Shown here: positions 11,001 through 20,000 of the stretch, piece by piece
Numbering within the stretch: the first letter of the stretch is position 1
How the letters are laid out: every line of letters starts with the position of its first letter
NCBI GenBank assembly: GCA_044892525.1
Contig: CM097886.1
Span: 85,126,001 to 85,190,000 of the forward strand
Length of the DNA: 64,000 bases
Source: Schmidtea polychroa
Taxonomy: Eukaryota
Reading direction: 5' to 3'
The notes under the pieces: generated by a model
What the model was told of the DNA's origin: nothing
Database searches by the model: none
Seen by the model: the letters and a program-made list of their open reading frames with translations, nothing else
Made by a program: the position numbers and the translations under genes

Positions 11001-14000
11001 TATCATTGTCATTGGTTCTGCTGGCACTGGCATTGGCTTTAATGGTGCCTTCCATTTTGTTCCCGTGTTTTTTCTGGTTGCGCAAGTTATGCAATTTTTC
11101 ACCCATTCCGTTACATCCTCGGTCAATGTAGGCCAAAAATATTTTTGTTTCATTCGTGCCAACGTCTTTTTAGATGACATATGTCCTCCGAGTCTTCCGT
11201 CATGGTATTGTGTTAGTAGATCTTTACGTCTATTCTCGGGAATGCACATCAGTCTTTTCTCGCCATCCATTATCAATAACCAATCTTTCTCGATAATATA
11301 TCGATGTCGATGTTTATCCATATGCTCCTTCAATTTTTGATCTTTCCCATATACCTCTGCTTTCCCTGTTTTCACATATTCAATGATTTGCTTCAACTCT
11401 GTATCCTCTTGTTGGTCTTTCCGTAATTGGCAAAAATCTAAATCTTCTGCTACCATCAGACATATTCGTTGCATTTCGTGATCTACTAAATCCGGAAAGA
11501 TAAATCTGGACATACAATCCGCATTGGCATTCGCTCTTCCCGCTTTGAATTTTATGAACGGTGAATATTCTTGTAACTGCATTGCCCATCGCATCAATCT
11601 ACTTGAAGCTTCTTTGTGTTGACCAAGCCATACTAATGGTTGATGATCCGTGGTGATACATATTTCGTGTCCCCATAACAAATATCGAAAATGTTTAATT
11701 GCTTGTATGATTGCTAACGCTTCTCTCTCGGTTACGGAATAGTTTTTCTCATGCTTTTTAAACGTTCTACTGTAGTATCCAATCACTCTTTCTTTTCCTT
11801 CTTCGTCGAGTTGTCCCAATATTGCTCCGGCTGCATATCCACTTGCATCTGTTGCTAATAAGAACGGTTTCTTGAAATCAGGATGTACTAGTATTGGGGC
11901 TTCGATTAATTTATCTCGCAATGTCTCAAACGCTTTTTGTTGTTCTGCACCCCAAATAAATGAAATATCCTTTTTCACTAATTCCTGTATTGGTTTCGCA
12001 ATACCTGCATAGTTTTTGATGAATTTTCGATAATATCCGCATAGTCCGAGAAATTCTTGAACTTGGGTGACAGTTTTTGGTGCTGGACATGTTTTTATTT
12101 TTTCTAGGTTTCTTGGATCTGGTTCTTTGCCTTTTGCTGACACTATGTGTCCTAAGAACGTAACTTTTTCTTTTGCCCAATCACATTTGGATGGTTTAAG
12201 TTTCAGTTTCCATTGTCGTAATCGAACGAACACATTTCTGATATCTTCCAAATGTTGTTCGAATGTTGCTGAATATATTAATAAATCATCAATATATACC
12301 ATACACTGCTTGATCCCGTGTGTGACAAAATTCATACATCTCTGGAATGATGCTGGGGCATTGGTCAGTCCGAACGGCATTTTCCTGAATTGGTATAGAT
12401 CTCGGCCCAATGTGAATGCTGTTTTCTCTCTCTCTTCCTCCTTGACTTTGATCTGCCAATATCCACTTTTTAGATCTAAAGATGTAAAATATGCGGCCCC
12501 CTGTAACATAAGTAACATCTCATTGATGTCTGGTAACGGGTATGTGTCTCTTTTTGTTACTGCATTTAATTTCCGATAATCGATACAGAATCTCTGAGTA
12601 CCGTCTTTTTTCTTCACCATGACTACTGGAAATTGCCATGGCGAACAACTTGGTTCGATCACTTGTGCATCTAGCATTTTTTGTACTTCGGCTTCGGCTA
12701 TCTCTTTTTGCTTCTCTGCTAGTTTGTATGGACGTAGTGCGATTGGAGTTTCGTCTATTAATGGTATTGCGTGTAATGTAACATCGCATGCTCCCAAATC
12801 TAAGTCCGAAATTGCGAATATATCTTTATATTCTATCAATAATTGTTGAAGTCTCTCCTTTTCTTTTTCCGTTAGCAAGGTGCTATCAATTATCCATAAT
12901 TCGTCCGCTTTCGTTGTTTCGTTGGTGATTTTTGGTAATTCGATGTCTATCATGGGTGTCAATCTACCCAATCTTTCATTTTCATATATGATCTTGTCTT
13001 CTTCCTCGAAATTTGTGATGTTAATTGGTATTTCCCCGTCTTCATTTATTGTTATTATTTCTCTTGCTAATGGTAATTCTCGTCGTTTTTCGAATGATTT
13101 GCTTGGCTCAAAAATGACTTCTCCTTCCATTCCTGCATCCACTTTTATTTGACATATCATCTGTGATTTTGCGGGTACAATTATTTTCTCCGGACATCTA
13201 ATTATTGCGTTCATCTTGCATATTCTACCCATTTTGTCTTTTAGACACATTGTTGTTAAATCGATTACTACTTCCTTAAACAATTCCGGCATTAAATCCG
13301 TTCCGATTATACATGGTTCACTCAGTTTGGGTATCACCGCTAGATACGTTTCAATTTCGTTATCCTGATATCGTAACGTAGTCCACCATCTTCCTACTAC
13401 GTCGACGGTTTCTTTACTGCATGCAATAATATGGATAGTTGTTTGTTCGATATCTTTCCAACATTTACTGGGTATTTGGTTTATTGCTATTGCTGATACG
13501 TTTGCTCCGGTATCTATCATTGCGCTTGTCTCTTTCCCGTTGATTTGGATCATGACTGTTACTGCCGCACCTCCTGGTGAACTCATCACTGCTATCGTTC
13601 TTACGTCGTCCGCTTGGTCTACACTTTTCGTTCTTCGGGTCGGCATATAGTTCATCCCTGGTTGACTTGGTAACTGTGGATACATATTTTGTGTCATGGT
13701 CAAAGCTGTTTGTTGTCCAACGATATCTGGTGGTACGTAACTTCCGTTGGCTATCCAGGTATTTGTTTTTTCTTTCTCCCAATATGGTGCTGTTTCTATT
13801 GGCTTTTCATTCGGGTTTCTACTTGGATATGGGTATTTGTCATTCCCGTTGTCGTCATCATCACTATCGCTGCTGTTTGATCGATTCCTAAATCTGTCTA
13901 AGAATTTTGGTTTGTTCTTTTTCAGTTGCGTCCTTGTTGCTTCATCATACATTGTTTTCCGAAATCGTCTACCGACTTCCTCGTCAGTTCCTTTTATTTT

Positions 14001-17000
14001 TGTCAGTATTTTGATCAATCGTTTTATTCTGTGTATGTCTTTAGAATGACCGTGCAACACCATTGTTTTTGCCAAAAATGGTAGAAAGCCTACTATCAAT
14101 TTCCAATTTACCTTCTTTTCTCTCTTATAGATATCAAAACACGCTAACATTTGAGTTAATATTACTCTGACAATCTGGATAATAAGAATGATTCCCAATA
14201 TTCCTGCCATCATTTGACCGAATACTAGAAATCTTCCCCACATTGCTTTCATCATGTTTGACGTGGCTTGTTGAAAATGATCAGGTGACAATAATAGTTC
14301 GTAATTGGGGCCTGACTGGAAATTCGTTCCCCCAGTTATGGTAACCATATTCGATAGAATGGATTCCCGTCTTGCTGGGAATAATACGTTTAATCGTGCC
14401 GTTTCTAAATCCTCTGGTGAGTACATACCTGCTTTTGACACATCAATTGGTTTGAAATCTTGTTCTGTTGCGAGTTCTATTAGTCCAAACTTTTTAGGCT
14501 CTTGTACTTCGGTTTTTACTGGTAACATTATCCATTTCCCATCGGGTTTTTCGTATAACGGTCCGTATGCATTTGAACAGTTAAAGGTATTCGGGTAAAA
14601 TCCAATTGGGTTCATTATCCTAGTGACGGGTTGAACGAATCTGTTTCGCCCCTTGTAACTAATTTCTAACTCGTTTGCACATTTCCCTGGTGGAATTGTG
14701 GGCTTTCTTGGCAGTCGCGCAAATGTCTTGGTACATGCATACGTATACATTACCTCTCCCACCATTCTACCAAAATGTCCATCCGGTAACGGGAGTGATG
14801 GCATTGTGTTATCTGGGTGTGTTATTGCGATGGCTAATTTTGTTTTTAGTATCTCTTTATTCAATGAACAGTCATTTTGTATAAGATCGTAATACACTTT
14901 TTGCATTGTCGTTTGTCCTCGGTGGAACAAGAAGTCCATCTTATTATTGGCATACAGGTACAATTTTACGTCCTCTGTTGCTACCTTTCCCACTGCTCGG
15001 TCTATTACTTGCCTTGACATGTAGATACCTGCGTAGTTCGTCCGGTATACTATACTGTCACATTTGGTGGTCTCTTTTTCTCTAATGAATCTCATGCCGA
15101 TATCTGGGTCATCTGTAATTAATGCCGTTGGTGTTTTTTGGGTTGTGAGTCTCTTTTCTTTGGGGGATGGCGGAACTGGTTTCCCATTTCGCATCCTTAC
15201 GTTTCCATTCTCTTCATCGTCGTCCTCGTTTTCGTAAATTTCTCCTTTTACTTCATTGAATAGAGCACTTTTTAACAATTGGAGTCGGCATTTTTGGGTG
15301 TTAGCTTCATATATTATAGTCGAAATTCCCGTTCTACACACGTTTTCCGTAGCTCTGCATGCTGGGTTGGTTTTCATTTGATAGTTGTTCGCGTCGAATT
15401 GTGCTTCGTATTCCTTCAACTCTACTGTGTAGGACTCAATTACTACCACTCCTGATATCACCTCTCCTCTGATCGTATATGTGCCTCCGTTACATGATCC
15501 ATCAGTTGATTTTACTCGTCCGGCTACATAGATACTTTCCGTCTTGATCATTCCGCTTTGTCCGTGTATTGTTACTCCATCCCTGATTCTCATCGCTCCG
15601 GTTCTAAAAAGCTCTTTACAGTCTTCCCGTTGTATAGGTACTATTTCTTTATCTAATCCAGGTAATATGAGGGTTGAATATGAGTATTGTCCACAGTAAT
15701 ATGCCAACACTTTCTTCGATACTACGCATTCTCTAGCTTGCGTTCTAATGAAATCTGATTCTTGGTATACGTGATAGGAGACTTTCTTCTTTACTATATC
15801 TAATTTATTCGGAGACGCCTGTCTACATTCCTCTATATCTCTCAGGGAGTATCTTTCTCCTATTATCGAATTGTCACAGTCGTAAATAGTAAATCCCGCG
15901 GCTCCACTGGTGCAGAGCATCCATATCATCATGGTCATCATTAGTGAATTAATCGACGCTTTTCTGCTGGCTGGGTCTTTCAATGGCAATTCCCATTCTA
16001 GCTCGTTTAGTAACTTCTTCAACCGAATTTGCATTGATCTCTCTTGCTCGTTTTTTCGTGGCGCTTGTATGAGTCTTTTCCACCCACCGGCGCGGATAAT
16101 ATGTGGTTCGATTGTATTTTCAATGATTGTGACGGTCATTTCTACATGATTTGCGAATTGTTTGTTAGGTATTTTCCTTGCTGCTAATCCCATCAAATTG
16201 TACATTAGATACGTTAATACTACTAAATGATGTTCGTCGTCGTTTGCGTTTAAAGTTAATTGTTCAATCACTCTTCTTGTCTCTTCCCAATCGGTTTTAG
16301 TGGTTTTTGTCTTCTCTTTGATTAATTTCGGAATTATTCCGGATATTGTATTCCATAGTTGTCTGGCGTCTACGCTTGCTACTTTTCGTTGCCATAACCG
16401 TCGCAATTGTGGGTTCGTTATTATTAGCATATCTTTTACTAGCTCTCGTATCCATTTTTCGCCTCTTTCGATAGTTGGCTGGGCCTCCTTTAGATCCCAC
16501 ACTATTTTATCCAGTTTCTCTAATCTGACTTGTCCTTGTTCTTGTTTCAGTTGTTCTCTAGTTTTAAATTCCGGTTTTTCTCCTTGCTTCTTGGGTCTCC
16601 CTTTTGCCCGTTTTTCCATCATTGTTCCGGCTTCCCTTGTATTTTCATAATTCGGGTTTCTCTCGTTATCCGTTCTTGGCAATGAGCTATCGTTGTTTCT
16701 CAGCCATTCGTTCCATTCGTCTATTATTTTGTCCGTTTGACCTTCTGGTGTTGCTTTCGTTGGTCCTTTCTGTCGTTGGAATTGTTCGTCGGTTTCGGTT
16801 TCTGTTGTATTATCGATAATCTCCTCGATACTCAGCTTATTTGGCTGCTGATAGCTAGTTGACGGTTGGCTTGTTGTCCATATTTCGGCTCCTGTCGGCC
16901 ATCTTACCAGGATTGGTGATCTTTCTCCAGCTCCTTCATCGCTGTCTTCCAATATAATTTCCTCGATTTCCTCGGTTTCATTCGTTTTACTTGCCACTTT

Positions 17001-20000
17001 GTTAGGGCTTGGTGTACTCAAGCTACCTTTCGTAGGTTTACTGGATTTGCTCTTTCTTTTAATCGGTTTTCCCAATGTTTCTGCCATTGTCAATACATTG
17101 ATCTCCCCCAATCTCATGGGTGTTATTCCGACATCTGCATTATCATCCAACGATTTTCCGAATAGTTGTAGGTGAAATGGAGTTTCGTATGCTAGTTTCT
17201 TTTTTAACTCTCTGATCTTTGTTGTTGGATGTACTTCTGTATCCTCAATGCTTTTGTCGGGATACTTGACTCGGATACGATACCTTTCCTGGGTATCTTG
17301 TGCCCATTCTTGGTTTCTCCATTTCCTAATAATTTGTTCTAGCTGTTCTGGGTACCATTCGTTATATTGTCTGTATTCCTCAATCGCTTTCGCCATTTCT
17401 CTTAGATTGTGGATATTCTCTGATGTCTTTAGGATGATGTTAGCCAATGCTATTACTTGACGTTTTTGATTTTTTGTTCCCGTTGCTAAGATATCACCTA
17501 ATTGCTTATATCTTTCCTTCTCTTCTCGTTCTCGAGCTTCCATCGCTTCTTCGCTGTCCATATCGGCATATTCGCGTTCTTTCTTTCTCATCGCATGAAT
17601 ATGTCTGGTTTCCGTTTCACTTTCTGATGTAACATCCGTTTCGCTTTCGTCGTCCGATGTCGATTCTATTTCGTCCTCTTCGTATTTTGGAGGTTCATCT
17701 TCCTCTTCTTCTGATTCGCTTTCTATCTCACCAATGTCTGTTTCCACGAAAATCCCTTTCCTGATTTCCCATTCTTTGTTTTCCGCATTCCACGTCCTTT
17801 CCCATGGGGTTCGTCTGCAGGATCTAACACTTAGTTTCTTTATTTTTCCTTGAAGCTCTTTTTCTCTTAGCCACTGTTGATGAATTTCAATTATCTCTAC
17901 TGATTTTTGATATAGCGTTTTCATCCTGTCTCGTATTTCTTTCTGGTATGTTATATCTCTTGTTCGGAATTCGTCCATGGGCAATATTCTGATGATTTGA
18001 TGATTATCCCACATTCCCATTTCGCTTAGCGAGGTGTCGTCTTCGGCCCGTAATATTATTTTATCGTACATCATGACTACGTCATCTATCATCCCGTCGC
18101 TACTCTCGCTTCGTACTTTTTCCGTTATCTCTTGGTTTATCTTGGTTACTAAGTCATCCACCGTACTCTGATTAGTCATCTTTATTCGTCGTTTCTCCTC
18201 GTTTGGTAACCATATGGTTATTTCTAATTTCTGCGGTTGCGTTTCTTTCAACCTTCCATATTTGTGGATCAAATTTATGGTTCTCCAATCGCTCATCCTG
18301 AGCAATTCTGTATCTCGTAATCGGCTCATTAGTTCATGCATGTCTGGAGTTCGTCTTGCTATGAGTAAATCCCAGTTATCTTCGACTTGTTCTTGAATTT
18401 GTTTGATTAATTTATCTAGATTTCGTCGCAAGGTGCATTGTTTTATTTGTTCCAGCTTCAGCTTGATGTTAAAATCATACTCGGCCTTGGCGTCTTTAGC
18501 CCATTCGTGAATATTTGCTGGTTGCTTCTCTTTATACAATTTCAATATTTGAGTTTCTCCTGGCCAGATCAATGCATCTATTAGGTGCATGTCTGGCTTA
18601 ATTTGTTCTCCTTGATATTGATATAAATACTCTTTCTTTCTCGAGTTGCCCAAATGTTCTCTTATCCAATCAAAAAGCTCGTCTGTGACTGCATTTTTTA
18701 TCCATATTCTCTCGAGTCCTTTACTCGTTCCGATTTTTATTACATAGCGTGTTGTCTCCGCTTGTTTCATTTTTTCCATATACTTCTTTATTATCGCTTT
18801 TTCCTCGTTTGGTATTAGATCTTTTTCGTTTCTTTCTAGTTTCATTATCTTTTGTAAGAAGCGTTTATATGGTATAAGGTCGATGAACTCCTGGTTTCTT
18901 ACTACCACTGGAAGTATTTCCTTTACTTGTTTTATCGCTTCTTCTCTTTCTTTTCTCAATTTCATTTCGATATTCTCGTCTTCGCTTTCGCTTGTCACGT
19001 CGCTTTCTCTTTCATCCTCATCTGCTCCGATCTTTTCTCTTAGTTGGTCGATATTTTCATTTAACTGTAACATTTCTCCACCAAGGCTACTCACATAATC
19101 CTCATCGTCATCTGTTGACAACACCTTCTTTGTTGTCCTCATCATATTAATTCGTAAATTTCTCATTCTTGGTACTTTCTTTAACTTTTTGTTCTCGAGT
19201 ATCGTTAGCTCCTCTGAGTCTAATTCTCGTATCATATTATGCTTTAGATGATTAATCTGTTTTCCATTTTCGTTATTTTCTGCTTCGGCTTCTGTTTTTG
19301 TTTGCTCATTTTCTCTTTCGATTTTATCTTTTATCTTTTCCCAAAATATTTTCTGAATTCTCTGATTTCCTTTTAGCGGTGTTGTTGAATTTTCCTTTTT
19401 TGCTGCTGGAATTGTTTCTTTCGGTTTCTCTGGTTCGCTCATAGGTACAACTCTTGGATTTTTACCGTAATTGTAACAATATTGCTCCTTTATCTCCTTT
19501 ACCATCCTCATCATATTTATTCGTAGTGGTTGTTCTTGTCGCTGCTGAATTCGCTCTCTTTTTATCCTTTCTTCTTCAGCTTGTAGTCTTTGCCATTCTT
19601 GTGCATGTTGTTGCACTTCATAATTGTTAAGATTCTCGGTGCTTCTCATCATGCGTATATTCTGGGTTTGTTGTGGTACTTGCTCTTGTCTCGGTCTCAT
19701 CATTTGTTGCATCATCTGCTTCATTTGTGAAATTTCTTGCATCACATTCATTTGCTTTCCCTCACTAGGATTACTTTGTCGTTGCGGATTTGGTGCATAG
19801 TTATTATTTCGCTGTGGTGGTCGTTGCTGTTGGCTCCTTTCTCGACAGTCTCTTGAGATATGACCTGGTTGCCCGCAGTTAAAACATCCTCTCGATTGGC
19901 ATATATTTTCCGTGTGTCCTCGTCGTCCACACCTATTGCAATTTGCGTTTCGGTAACAATCTCTATCCCAATGTCCTGGTTTACCGCATGTTCGGCATTG

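Noticed and set aside
12950-13200. dUTPase-like segment between PR and RT
   Set aside because: No recognisable dUTPase catalytic motifs; similar linkers are common in Gypsy pol
13665-13690. YPQL late-domain-like motif in the env cytoplasmic tail
   Set aside because: A four-residue match is too short to support without conservation data
16585-16612. KGRPKK AT-hook-like motif in the polyprotein
   Set aside because: Lacks the RGRP core and lies in a low-complexity linker
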